From assembly GCA_900088475.1 (NCBI GenBank), contig FLMG01002914.1, positions 1 through 64,000 of the forward strand: a stretch of 64,000 nucleotides of DNA, written 5' to 3'. Positions within the stretch are counted from its first letter, which is position 1, and every line of letters starts with the position of its first letter. Origin of the DNA: Hyphochytrium catenoides (taxonomy: Eukaryota; Protista; Hyphochytriomycota). Below the pieces are notes generated by a model that made no database searches, was not told the DNA's origin, and worked only from the letters and a program-made list of their open reading frames with translations. This document shows positions 48,948-61,667 of the stretch, piece by piece. A program made the position numbers and the translations under genes.

Positions 48948-51911
48948 TTAGCTAAGCAGTCTGAGCCCTGCCTTTGTTCTGTCTGTGACCGTTGCACAAT
49001 TTATGCTGGCTTTTTCTGCCTGGTGGGCCGGCTGGCTACACTGTGTGATGGGCACCAAGCTGTCAGTCTTCGCCTGCAGCTCAATGAGCTTTTGTTTTGC
49101 CTGGACGAGAGCTTCCTCTGCTCGGCTCTTCTGGTCTAGAAGCCTCTGCATCTCCTCTTCGACCGTCTCCCTCCAACCTTCTGTCATTTCTCTCAAACTT
49201 TGTCTGACGGCAGCAGACAAAGGTCCTGCCTCCGCGAAGTCCGCTCCCTCTTCACCTCCCTTCTGTTCGTCTTGTCTGCCGTTAAGCGCACGGGAGACTT
49301 GCTCATAGTAAAGTTGCTCCTCGAATGGCACAGATGCCCTTGATTGCCTCAGCGCAGCGTGGAAATGCCTCCAATGGAGCTCATGTATGGCCCCATTTTT
49401 ACCTTCGTATGCCATCTCCTCTCCTTCCTCTTCCCGCAAGCATTCTCGTACTGCTAGCCTGCAGACCGCTTCAAGGTCAGCCCCACTATAGCCAGCCGTC
49501 TGCCTAACTATACGCTCTAGACTGACCCCTGAAGAAACAGGAGCGTTCCTAAGCTTCGCAAGCAAGATATCTCTTCTGCTCTGAACATCTGGAAGAGGTA
49601 TAAGGACAAGTTGGCCCAGCCTGCCGGGCCGCAGCAGGGCAGGGTCGATCATGTCTGGCCGGTTGGTGGCTCCGATAACGAAAACTCTACGGTTTCTCCT
49701 GTCGACCGTGACTCCGTCCATTTCAGTCAGTAGCTGATTCAGGACAGTATTTGAATGGGCCGAGGAGGCATTGGCTGAGCGCGATGGTGCGAGAGCATCC
49801 AATTCATCAAAGAAAATAATGCATGGCGAGGCTTGTCGGGCTAGGGAGAAGAGCTCCCGCACAGCTCTCTCACTCTCGCCATAGTACTTAGAAAGAAGTT
49901 CAGGACCTCTGACAGAAAGAAAGTTGGCTCGCTTCTCTGTGGCCAGCGCCTTGGCTAGAAGCGTCTTTCCGCATCCAGGAGGGCCATACAGAAGGACCCC
50001 TAGTTCTGGTGCAAGACCCAAGGATTTGTACCGGGATGAGAAAGGAATGAGCTCCCTTAGCTCTTTCTTGACAGCCTCAAGGCCTCCAATGTCCGACCAC
50101 AGCACCTTTGGGACCTCTAGGTTTAGGCTCTTCTCTCTCAAAGACGATGGACCCACAGTACCCAGTGCCTCCTCGATGTCTTTGTTCGTTATCTGAAGCG
50201 AGCGCAAGGCTTCCTCTCTCCTCTTTAGCGCCTCCGCATCTACTCTTACCCCCTTCCTGGCTATAGTCATTTGATTCCTCCTTAGTTCGTTACCTCGTCC
50301 TACCAGGGAGCTATCTATATGTATTGAGTCTGCTTCCACCGGCACGTCCATCACCTCGGCGATACTTGTCCTCTTCATAGCAGCCAGAGCCGCTTCAAGA
50401 CACACAGCCTCTATATCGGCACCGACGAAGCCTTGTGTTGCAATTGAAAGCCTATCCAGGTTGACTTCTTCAGACAGCCGCATCCTTCGAGTGTGCACCT
50501 AGTCGTACGGAGTGAGGAAGCCTGCGTCGTCAGTGCTTGCATAGAGAGGAGCGAAATGTATAGCGCAAAGCGCGAAGCACGCAACCGAAGAATTAACCGA
50601 CATTCTTACAAAGTTGGGAATGCTGGGAAAGGTAGCTGTCATACCTCGAAGATCTCTCTCCGCTCTGCTTCGTCCGGGATCGTAAGGACAATTCTCTGAT
50701 CTAGACGGCCTGCTCTCAGTAAAGATGGATGGACTTCAGATACAGCAGAAGAGATTGCAAGTACAACTATCTGGCTTCCGTACTCCTCTTTCCTGAAGCC
50801 GTCCAGAATGGCCGATAGAGCCGCAGCCGTGTTGGTGGGAATGTCATTCCTCCTCGGGGCAAGGACCTCTAGGTTTTCTATCAATATCACAGATGGAGCC
50901 TGCTTGATAGCCCTCCTAAATATGGCTCGAAGCATTTCCACCCCCGAAACATCTGGAAAGCGGCAAAGGAGCCGTAAGAGGGCGATGCGATGGAGCATGA
51001 TCAGACACCTCAGACACAGAGAAGCTTGGCGCACGTGGCAGGCGAAAGGCACAGCTAGAGCGGACAGATCGTATGCACAAAAGACAAACATCTATGATAG
51101 GAGGGAATGACAGGCGCCTAGCCAGGAGGCTCGGGAGCCATCTGCTTGGCAGAAGAATAACCTAGCAACGAAAAGGAGACGAACCAAGACCCATCGGCCT
51201 AAGAGGGAATCTAATAAGTTGTTAAACACTGTCGAAAGAAGCCGTCGTACCTGTTGGCACTTCGCAAGGGTCAATTCTAAGGCATTTTGCTCTCAAATGG
51301 TTGATCACCGTCTCCGCTAACAATGTCTTGCCAACCCCTGAAGGCCCGGAGACTAGAATGCCGCGAGGTGGACGTGCTCCCAGGGTGCTAAATAGTCTTG
51401 GATGGCGGAGGAGGAGCTTGAGGAGAGAGAGAAGTTTGAGGGTGGCCTCCCTCATTCCGCCGATAGAAGAGAAAAGAGTGGCGGTTCTCCCATCTGGACG
51501 AAGCTGAGCACTGCTTCGGTCTACTTGCTCAGCTGCGTCAAGCTGTTGCCAGTAGTGACCAATGACCTGGGAGAGCTTAGAGTTCTGGTCTCGTAGTGGA
51601 ACCAAGTCCGCCGGAAGCATTCGCCGCTTGTGCGCAGGACAAAGTTTGGTTGTTTCAAGCAGTTGAGAAATGCAGGGGCGGCAGAAAATCTTCTCATTGC
51701 TGTGGCAACAGACCACTGGATCCCGCGGTAAGCTGCCACACAGAAAACAATTTAGAAAGGCCGGCCATGGCGCTAGGTCCCGCCGTACCGGGGGTGCCCG
51801 AGACGCACTTTCGACAAATGGCCCATTGGGGAATGCAACCCTATCTCCGTCCACAGAGTGAGCGACGTCTGAGGTACTCCTGGCTCTGCCTGACTCGGTT
51901 TCAGGAGGCAT
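48948..51911 (-). CDS. RING-finger-fused Cdc48/p97-like double AAA+ ATPase, about 839 aa; exons 51911-51251, 50952-50645, 50498-48948
   Basis: Exon lengths 661+308+1551=2520 nt, in frame with GT-AG introns. N-terminal CFLC..PRDPVVCCH..IFCRPC..CPAH. D1: GPSGVGKT, VILIENLE, LLRAGRLDQ. D2: WSDIGGL, GPPGCGKT, IIFFDELD, GATNRPDMIDPALLRPGRL. C-terminal coiled-coil-like segment. Confidence 0.9.
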
Positions 51912-52833
51912 GATCAAATGTAAGACGCCGTTATCTCAGAAGGATCCAATCATTCAAGTGTGAGCGTATAGCGTTTGCTTTATCATTGGCTCACCACCTT
52001 GAAGGTCTTACGGAGTGACGGCGTCTCCCTTCCTCTCTTGACCGACTCCGCACTTCACTGGCAAGAAACAGCAGGTGTGCTTGATCATCACCTGCACCTG
52101 TAGGCGCTAGGCGCTATCGCTACGACTATGGAAGAGAGCTATCACAGGCAGTACGGAGAGAGTGATCACTAAGCCCAAGGCGACATCTCGAGTGCGGAAG
52201 CAGACAAATGAGAAGCTGTGCCTGGCGTTGAGAAGAGAGACAGAAGGAATGAGAGTGCCCAACAAGGCAGCGAAAGAGCCAGAGAGGCAGTTAGTGATTG
52301 ACTTCTCAGAACCCAGGAGACCCATTATTGACCCATAAATACCCAACCAATCATATCAGCAAATCTGATTCGCTGGCATTAGGAGAATCCACCAATCAGC
52401 GCTTGACACGGTTATTCACAGGTAAAATGTGGGTGTTTCTGGGGAATGAAGGTTTCCATTCATAACTCCAGGGCTCTGCTCTTTGCTCTTGGACTCATCT
52501 TATCTATAGTTCTACGAGGGCGATCTTCATTCTTAGCACGGTACGTGATGATCTTTTATGAGACGGTAGACGACACGGCTTCATTCAAAGCTTAAAAGAC
52601 ATAGACGAACTATCTATTTTCTACTCGCTACTCCTCGTCAGGCTACGGCTACTCAGCTAAGACTAGAGAACGTGCCATTGTTGTTCGTCTCTAATAGAAC
52701 TATAGATGGGCTACTGCTACTATCTCAGTCAGCTGGACTCAACTACGCTACTACTCACCTTTCATCAACGCGGCGGCATTGGGGGCTGGTGGTCTCACAT
52801 GATGATTGCTCTTGGCTCACCAAAAGAGCTAAG

Positions 52834-53302
52834 TTAGGCAAGAGACCATAGCTGGTCAGGATCCTTGGGGTCACATGGCCAGGCATGGACGATGGTCCCC
52901 TCCTTTAGGGTGNNNNNNNNNNNNNNNNNNNNNNTCAATGGCCCTGCTGTTGTCAATGCACCAGTTCTTGTTGTAGCTCCATGCAAAACTTTTCGCGGTA
53001 GCATTGTAAGTCCACTGCTGGTCAATGGAGGAGTCCCGGCAAGCCTTCAGCACTACTTCATTGCCACAGAAGAGGGTACCGTCCTTGTTCTTAGCCAACC
53101 CATGCTGATTGTCCACGCACCATCGTGTGTCCTTAGCCCACAAAATCCGCTTGCCTGGAGCTGGGGCTGGTGCAGGATTTTCGTCTCCCTCATCCTGCAG
53201 ATATCGTCTTAGAGATCCGTCAGCGGCATAGGATCCCGTGGTCAGACCACATAAAATGATAAAAGCAAGGAAGACGACAATCCTGCGTGGGCTAAACTCC
53301 AT
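52834..53302 (-). CDS. Small secreted ricin-B (QxW) lectin-domain protein, interrupted by an N gap
   Basis: Signal peptide MEFSPRRIVVFLAFIILCGLTTGSYA; WCVD...VVLKAC...DQQW; WCID...IVHAWPC...DQLW*. The frame change across the gap is attributable to the uncertain gap length. Confidence 0.82.
52913..52934. other. Assembly gap (N run) inside the ricin-B CDS
   Basis: Run of n characters. Confidence 0.99.
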
Positions 53303-54327
53303 CGTCGTCAAGCTGGGCGAGATCACGACTAAGAAATTAAGATGCCTTCCCTTCAAATCTTGGCTCGTTCACTGTCGCGAACGGCGCTAATGTGTGCTTG
53401 TTTTACTAGTTGCCGGCAAAAGTGAGAATGAAAGACCACCTAACCCTTGAAGTGCCGTTGGTGATCATCAAGGTACACCCTTAGACCTTCAGGCAAACAG
53501 TCGTGAGATGAATGCGACTGGGACAGAGCGGAAAGGAGAGGTGCTTAGCGCCATATGTGGAGAAGTGAAAAAGACTATGGTAGGACACTCTGTGCGACCA
53601 CAAGGCCTCCAAATATCACAACCGAAGGAGTTGGGCTGCGCCCGAATGAGTCAGTTGTTATTTCAGCCAGAAGGCTTTCAGATGGTCCTCATCGCGGGAG
53701 TAGAGCCCGGGCTGTCATTGCGTCGAGTCTACTACTGCAGGTGCTTCGCTCCACTCAAATGGACCTCATTGGTCTCTTATACTACTAGACAACAATGCGT
53801 TCCTTGTTGGCAGACCCTGATCTATGTCACAGTAGTCGGGCTTCATCCTGCTGAAGAATGTACGGCACCTGGCTGCAACGGCCAAGGCAGAGCTCCCAGA
53901 GCGAATAGGTAGTGTCACAGAAGAGCAGGATTCGCAAACGATGAGGAAACTAACAAAGGATGGGAAGACGCCCTTCGTTTCTGCAGCGATTCCTTACTAC
54001 GTCCAATCAACGACCATCGTCCTACCATTAACGTCATACGCGCGACGCAGGTTGATTTCCCTTCATCAACTGCTGGGATGAGAGGCCCTGCCACACTGCT
54101 GCACCTCCATCTTTCTTAAGCAACGACGGAAGGTTACCACCCTCTGTCTCCTGGGGCACCATAAGGCGCAGAGCTTTGTGTGTCTCTTCCCTTACCTTGG
54201 CCCTTAGAGCCCATCCTCCACAATGATCAGCAGTCTCGCTCTTCCGTGGGGTTACATTGAGGGATAGACTTGCCTCCCTATTCCTTTGACCTCAACGAAC
54301 GCTAACATCCAACACCATTTTCAAATC

Positions 54328-54427
54328 GGCCAATTGGCCAATGAGGGATGATCTTGCGTTAGTATTGGCCAATAGAAAACGAGATACGGCCTCTGTCTAA
54401 TCCGATGCAAGGATAAGTCCCATTGGT
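54328..54427. promoter_or_regulatory. Cluster of CCAAT/ATTGG boxes
   Basis: ggccaattggccaatg, attggccaatag and cattggtc within 100 bp; function is inferred only. Confidence 0.3.
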
Positions 54428-56489
54428 CTCGTCCTACCAACAGCCATCAATCATCAATCATCCATCACCAATCCCATCAGCGCAACGTGGCTGGCGGGCA
54501 CGGCGTAGAACAGCGGCCTAGCAAGAGACGAAGGAGCTGCATAACAAGGTTTGGCAAACTTACAACTGATTGCATGGGACGATCTGCTATAAATCTTGAA
54601 ACAAGAAAGGAAAAGTGCTGCTACAGTGTTGGTACAGTTGACGGACTGGACCGCAGTTGGCACTGGGGCTTGCCAAACGTTGTGGCCCGATGATATTTCA
54701 TGGCAGTACATAACAGGGATGCCTTGCATGTTCCAACCGGGTTAGCTTAGGTCGTGAGGAACCGATCTACCAGTAGATAAAGAGAGTCTCATCTTGGGCT
54801 CTGCTCTTACGGATTGATAGTGTCATTGAGCCATAGCAAATTGCATGGGCCCTTTGAGTACTGCAGGCGTCAAGCAATGCTCTCCTAGCGTGCTGATATT
54901 TTACTACTCCACATTTCTGATGAGGACAGTTCAACAAGTCATGCTCGCCATAGTCCACTACCTTTGACCCTCGAGGTAAGTAGGCGGTGGAACGCGGGGG
55001 GGCATGGCAGTCGTGCGAATGTACGTTTCACTCTTAGAATGATGCACCCGGCGACAGATTTTAACTTGATGATAGTCAAACCACTTTATTAGCTTTTTAG
55101 TACCCTGTCCTCTTAGATCAAGCACCACATAGGATTCAGGAAGCAGTTTAATATTTTAAGCATAGCGATTCTTGGTCCCCTAAAAAGAAGATGGGAGGCA
55201 GAGATTGGCTACGGAAAGACTATCGTCAGCAGCCGTGATGGGTTTGGGAGCAAGCAAGTAGTGACTTACACGGACAATACGCCGGCGGGATGCTTATATC
55301 GCCACCGCTCCATCCTAGCATGTAACATGAGTCGTTTTGCTCAGCATCGACAATGGGCTTTTCTAATCTGGCATACTCGTTTTTGCAAAGAAACAAAGAG
55401 GCAGTCCACATGGCGCTCTGGCTTAGACCAGTTTCTCTAAGGAAGACCATCATCAAGCACCGTAAGAACAAGTGAAGTTCTGGGACGCACAGTTAGTAGT
55501 ATTTCTCCTACTTTGAGTCCAGTCCTCGTTGTTCAGAAGACGATCAGGGTGTCTACTACAAACGGTGACTACAAGTCCAGGGGCAGTCGATAGCTATAAA
55601 ACAAAAGTAGGGCGCCTTCTGACAAACTCTGCCGACGAATAATGACACTGATATTATATACAACGATCCCAAGTTGTTATTAGGTTATAACAGCGCCAAG
55701 AGGGAATGTCCGCCCTATTTTACACAGCCGCTTGTGGCACCTAGGGAGGAGGGATCCGAAACTTTAGTTCCACTTCCAGACTCTCCTCCGCCGTGTAATA
55801 ACGTGACCCTGAACCCAGCGCCTCGGAGGATTGCTGCTGGTTCTCAAGGGCAAACCTTTTTATGCTATAGGTATGAGGGCGCTGACTGATGAAAAGGCCT
55901 CCTCGCATCTCTTGGTCCGTCCTCTCGCTCTCCCCGTCCACAATAAGCTCAGGTGATGATGATGATGTGAACTTGGCCCCCAGGACCTCCTCCCCTCTCT
56001 GTGCGTGTGTCTCCTCGCTTTCATCCCCTTTGCTCTTCCTTGTGCTCTCTCTTTCTCTCTCCTCCTGCTATCCCTCACAGTACTGAAGTCAGCTTTCAGT
56101 CATAAAATATATAGCCGTTAGCGACCGATTTTTGGTATGTTACATCGCTCCGCTAACGGCAAGCTGCCCATCATCCTCCTTCCCCTTTATTAGCAATTCT
56201 TCATTTCGGGGCTACTTTGCTGCTCCCTCGTGCTTCTGGGCAGGACTTCCTGCGGCTGCGGTCAATGACTTTGACATGACCATGGCCAGGGACGACTCTC
56301 ATCTCCTTAGAGACATTCTGACGGCTCACAGACTGCTGCTTCTAAGACCTATTGCTCTCTCAGGAGCCACAAGAGCTTGGTTCTTGATGTGCTGATGAGA
56401 GCCGAGGATGGAGCTTATTGACGTCTAGTCTGGTGCTGTTAATGCTTTCATATAAAGAACGACGCTGGTGAAAGTGCCATCAGGACAAT

Positions 56490-59159
56490 ATGTCCACTAA
56501 TGAGAAACTTAACGCTGTGCTGGAGCACGGGCTTCGAGAGCGCTTAACTACCAACCCGAAGGAAGTGCAGACCAGGACACGGTTGGGCCAGCTCTACGGC
56601 TACAGCCCCACAGCAGACATTGTCAAGACTCGGGCAAGAATCCTTGCATATCAGGGGCCCCAATCTCGACCCACGGAGTTGGATAAGAAGAATGTACAGA
56701 TCTGTAAATGCGGGGTGAAGCAAGTGAGCTACCCTGACAAAGTTGCCTACGGAGACCAGCTTCTCCCTATTAGCAGTACGTCCACCGCTCTTCACTATAT
56801 TGCCCTTACTCAGCATCCTCTCCATCTAACTCTACACTTGAATCTCTTCAGGCTGCGAGCTACATCCGGGCCCATGGTACGTTGGCTATAATAACGCAGC
56901 CCGCATGTCGGGAGAGCGATTGCAAGCAAAGGCAAACCGCTACGGTGCTCGAGGAGCTCTAAATATGGAGTTGCAGGTGAATCGGCAGGACCCTCATGGC
57001 TGTCACGACAGATTGACCTTGAAAGAGCGGAAAGATGTGCCACTGACGAGCAAACTTCTGTTAGGAGAACCAGGAGCTGCAACTAGTGTTAGCTAAGGAG
57101 AAGAAGAAGTCGCCAGAGCACTTGAGGAAGCGTGACTCCGTTGACATCTATGCGAGACCGTTGCAGGTCTTCTTAGACTCCCGCCCTTCTCTCTTTTAAG
57201 CATTATCTCCAACAGCCTTCTCATCGTTCATGGTTGGCGGTTTTGGTCAGCTTAATTGCATGTGATCAGCCTCTTCGACAAACATTCAACTCAAGGCCCC
57301 TCCAATTCTCTGGTGATGAGCTAGTTCCTTATCCTCTCTTCTTTCCAATTTCTTGTCAGGGCACGCCTTTAAGCTGGAGTGGACTGGGAGCCTATCCTCA
57401 AGGCAGCAAACTTTCCGTAGACTATGGCAGGAGCTTGTCTAGCCCTGGCAGGAGCTTATCTAGCCCTGGCTCGCCACTTACTCGACGACCTCCAACAGCG
57501 GAGACAGAAGAGCCAACTCGGAGGCCGGAGGGCTATGAGAGAGCCTTGGCCATGCAAGAAGCAGAGGCCCAGAGGTTGCAGCGAGAGGTAGACAGAGAGA
57601 GAGAGAAACGACGGATCGAGTTTAGCCGCAAGCATAAGGACCTGCCCGAAAGACCCAAAGAGGCTATTGCTTTAAAAACAGTGCCGTGCATGTCGGAGCC
57701 TAAGCGAGAGAAGACTCTTCATATGAAGAATTTTACCATGATCCATCATTCCGACGCAGATATTACTGAGGAGCTAGAGGTGATCTTTTTCTGCCCTCCA
57801 GCGACTTACCGATTTTCTCGACCGTTAGTGCTTCAATCCTTCATTTGGTTGTCCTATTCTCCAACTTTCCAGACAGTTTAGGACTCTGTCTCCCTCACCC
57901 TGCTGCTATCTGGTCTGCCTATCTCCAGCTACCTGCGTGAAGGCTGTAAGTGAGTAACTTTATCCTTGCAGATGACTCATCGTTGCGATGACCGCCTCCA
58001 GACAAAGTGGAAAGACCTAGCCGTGCTAAATAGTGCGGTGCGCTCCTCCATCAGCAGGTAGTAAACCCCTTGAGGGATTCTAGTCTTCCAACTAGAGAAA
58101 CACATCAGTTACCCGTTCTATACCTTGAGAGCCCTAGTAGTCTGACTTGTTACGCCAGGAGGAAAGAGACTCAGGATATTGGCGCACTTCTACGGGATTT
58201 GAAGGAAGCCATCGAGCAGGAGACGAATGGATCAAGGTGCTTTCGATTCCAGGGACTCTCTATATAGCTGTACTAACGCTTCTCTTCTTTCCTAGGTTTC
58301 TCGTTCGCGATCAATTCTGCGCCATCCTCCTGAAGCGCTATCCCAACCTCCCTCTGCGGACGGTTAATCGGATCTACTCTGCCTTTGACTTGGCCCGCAC
58401 TGATAGAGTGGACTATAGAGATTTCATGGCCTGTCTCAGAGTCTTAAGACACGTAAGTCTTCAATCTTACCGCTTCAGAGGTGCCTAGCTCTATCTAGAC
58501 ATCCCTGACTCCTCACCATGTGTTGCCATTGTTCTCTCCGGGCGAACCTCCCTTAACCCTATCGATATCACCGCTCCGTACTCCACCCATTGATCCTCTC
58601 AATAGTGTGGAACCACTAGCAGAGGGCTCCGTTGACTTACACTTGACGAATGATATTACTCTTCCCGCGGCAGGTCGGCACCCCTAAGCAGTTACTAGAG
58701 GCATTGGTGGACCTGTACGCCACATTCCTTCCCAACGTTCCTGATCGGTTGACTCTGGAAAATGTGTGCAGCATCTTCTCTGTCTGCGCAATGTCTACAT
58801 CAGACATGGACCAAGTAGCTGCTGAGGTCGGCAACCATTGCTCGTTCGTTTTGCCACCAAGATGCCTGCTCAAACTATAAACTCTGGGTCGTTCTGTGTC
58901 CTCAACCGCTGTTACCCCTTTCTCTCACTTGCTCGGTTGACTTCCCTCTTTTCCGCCAACACCATCTTGTGGCTCAGTCCCATCAGCCGCTGATCTTGTC
59001 TATTTCCATGCGTCTTAGGTTAAACGTGTATTTGCATCACATCTCCGGAAGGAGGACCAATCCGTTGGATTGGGAGAGTTCTGGGAGATCTTCGTTTCTG
59101 AGGGCCAGCAAGCGCTGGAGCTTTTGATAGTTCAGTTTGATCAGGCGCGGCCCCACTGA
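56490..59159 (+). CDS. Multi-exon protein with central coiled coil and C-terminal degenerate EF-hand domain
   Basis: Exons MSTNEKLNAV..., ENQELQLV..., GTPLSW...EAQRLQREVDREREKRR, MTHRCDD, RKETQDIG, ...IYSAFDLARTDRVDYRDFMACL, ...DRLTLENV, VKRVF...VGLGEFWEIF...RPH* (TGA 59157-59159). The 5' exon junctions are uncertain. Confidence 0.7.
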
Positions 59160-59549
59160 GAAGGAGTGTTTCGATGTTAGCCATCTATTTATTTTATGAG
59201 GATTTTCTGCGACACAGAACTTCTTGTCGCTAGTTCTGTGCTCTGCGGTACGGAGACCAGCATCTGGTACAGCTTAAAGAGGAGCTTAGAAGTTACAATG
59301 TGCGCTGAGGGCCGAGCTTATTGGCCAAGGTGATGGCGGGAAGCTGCTATGATACGAGCCTCCTAATCCCAAGCATTAGCTTATCCCCGTGCTTTGTATG
59401 TGGGGCCGCAGTGGGAGCTGACCCCAGTTCTGTCATATCTTCCTCAATCTGCCATTTTCAAGTATACTTTCTTTCCACATCGCTCTGCTCCTGTCGACTG
59501 GGAGTCGAGTGCGCTGGAGGACTTCATAGATAGCTTACCCAGGAAGTCT

Positions 59550-61667
59550 CTACTCCTCATCGGGGACCATCTTGCTGGCCATCTGCATAATATACCGCGC
59601 AGCGGCTTCATTTTGGGGTACGCCCAAGCCCCGCATGTACATGTCTGCCACATTTTGCCATGCATGAACATTGCCAGCTTCTGCCGCCGCCTGATAGAGA
59701 TGGAAGGCTCGTCTATAATCCACCTCTCTTCCACAATACCCATTGAAGTAGATGGCGCCTAGAGATAACATGGCATCTGGGTTGCCTTCTGCCGCCGCCT
59801 TTTCATAATAAGCAAGCGCCTTATTTACGTCGACTGCCTGTCCGTCACTGCCGTGAAAATAGATATCCGCAAGGATGAAGTACGCATCGCCGTTCTGACC
59901 CACACCGGTATTCCAGTCAATGGTGAGTACTATTGTTATGCCACTGGCGAAACAGAATTTACCTCTAGAGATTCTGCCCTCTTAAGGTAGTGCCAAAACA
60001 GTGCCGTGTCAGCAGTAAGCTCATTTTCAGGGTCTCCGGATCGGTACAGCTGTGCTAGATACACTAGAGAGCCACTGTGGTTCTGCTCGCCAGCCGCTTT
60101 TAAAAGCCTCAGACTCTCCTGAGGGTTCTTGGAGACGCCCTCTCCGACTCTTCACGCAGAAAGCACAGGTTAGCAGCGCAATGGTAAGTACATATTTCTG
60201 TGGCGCGTACCTGAGAAGATGCCCCAGCCAGAACTGGGCAGCAGGGTCCCCCAACTTGCATGCCCTCTCTAGGAGGGAGGCGGCCCGAGCTAATTCTCTA
60301 TCTACACCTTGGCCCTGAGGAGCAGCAGTCAGGAATAGATGGTATGGCAGATTCAAAGAGCGTATAATAGAGGAACGTAGTACTGACATAAAAGTACATT
60401 TGCGCAAGATTATAGAGCGCATCCGAGTCTGGAGACGGCTCCTGAGCGGCAATAGTGTACCAATGATGTGCGGATTCCAGTGCCCTGGGACTTTCAGTCA
60501 CCGCTATCGCCTCGTTACCCATACGCACCTGGGCAGCCCGATGCCTATCATATCCCATATGTTAACCAGTGCAAGGTGCAGCGGTTGTGGCTTTTGACAA
60601 AAAGTTACCCATTCAGTGCTGCCTCTTTCACCCATAACAGATACTTTTGTCGGTCTGCAACTAGCTCATCGGGGTCCTCCTCCTCCGGAAACGAGGTGGT
60701 GGCCAATACCTTCGAGTTCGGGTCCCAGGGTTCCAGGGCCTCACCTAAACAGCTCTAAGAAATGCCTTAAGGCAAGATTAAGTTCTTCTAGGTACCTGCT
60801 TTGGTGTGAACAACGACGGCAGTCTCAGATCGCGGCGATTGCGACTTGAGCCCAACTCCTGCCTTCTCTTTTAGACGGTGCTTCTTAAGCTTCCGTGCCC
60901 TAAGTGAGAGAGAGGAAGGCTTACACTTTATTCTCACCACCTTTTGCATCAGGGTCCAAGCTTACTGCTTTTGAATCTTTCTAATGTCCTGGACGACTTT
61001 TCTACCGGCAGTTTCAGCGGAGTCTGCAGAGGTCTCTGCCTATAGACTCTATCAGATGGAGATTGGGACCAATACAAGCTGGTAGTTAGGGGGAAAGAGT
61101 CTCTTACCGTCAGCGCCATGAGCTCTTCCGGCATCGCGTACAGCAAACCCAGCAGATACTGAGATTCTGCGTTGCCATGTCTTGCAGGCGTTTGAAGCCA
61201 AGAGAATGCTGCTCTTAGATCTCGCTGTATGCCATCTGCTCCCAAAAAAAATGCCCTTCCAAGGTCCGCCGCTGCCTGGGGATTATCAGTGTGAGTCTTG
61301 AACGTGGAGCCACCCAGCATAGGCAACGTACTTGGAGATCCCCAGCTTCTGCCTCTTCAGCCCATTGTTGAGCCAACCCAGCGTTTTCTTCTAAAGAGTA
61401 TAACCCTTGACCCTTCTCGCTAAATGGTCGAGAGACCCGTGAGAAGGAGAGGCCGGCTCTTGTCTGAATAACTATGGGCACGGGTCTGCAAAGGAACCCC
61501 GTTCTTATGCCAAATATTTGCCGCTGCCTTCTGGAAGCACCATGACACATTGTCCGTATCGAACCCAGGGTCACATCTAAGTGCGCGCGGGGAGGAGGCC
61601 TTCTTCCTCTTTCTAAAAGAGGCCGCCATCTGCCTCCTGATGGCCGGCGAAGTGCCCAAGAGAACAT
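59550..61667 (-). CDS. Sel1-like repeat protein with Arg-rich N-terminal (probably mitochondrial) targeting peptide, about 9 exons
   Basis: MFSWALRRPSGGRWRP...; SLR motifs GNAESQYLLGLLY, DALYNLAQMYF, GDPAAQFWLG, KAAAEGNPDAMLSLGAIYFNG, AAEAGNVHAWQNVADMYMRGLGVPQN. Confidence 0.9.

Noticed and set aside
57426-57470. 21-bp tandem repeat (GRSLSSP x2); also 14-15-bp duplications at about 47730 and 48847
   Set aside because: Ordinary short slippage duplications with no further structure.
48948-61667. Cdc48-like + Sel1-repeat genes as an ERAD/SELMA cluster
   Set aside because: The Sel1 protein has a mitochondrial-type presequence and no Hrd3-like signal peptide or TM; the AAA protein lacks a bipartite signal; unrelated genes lie between them.
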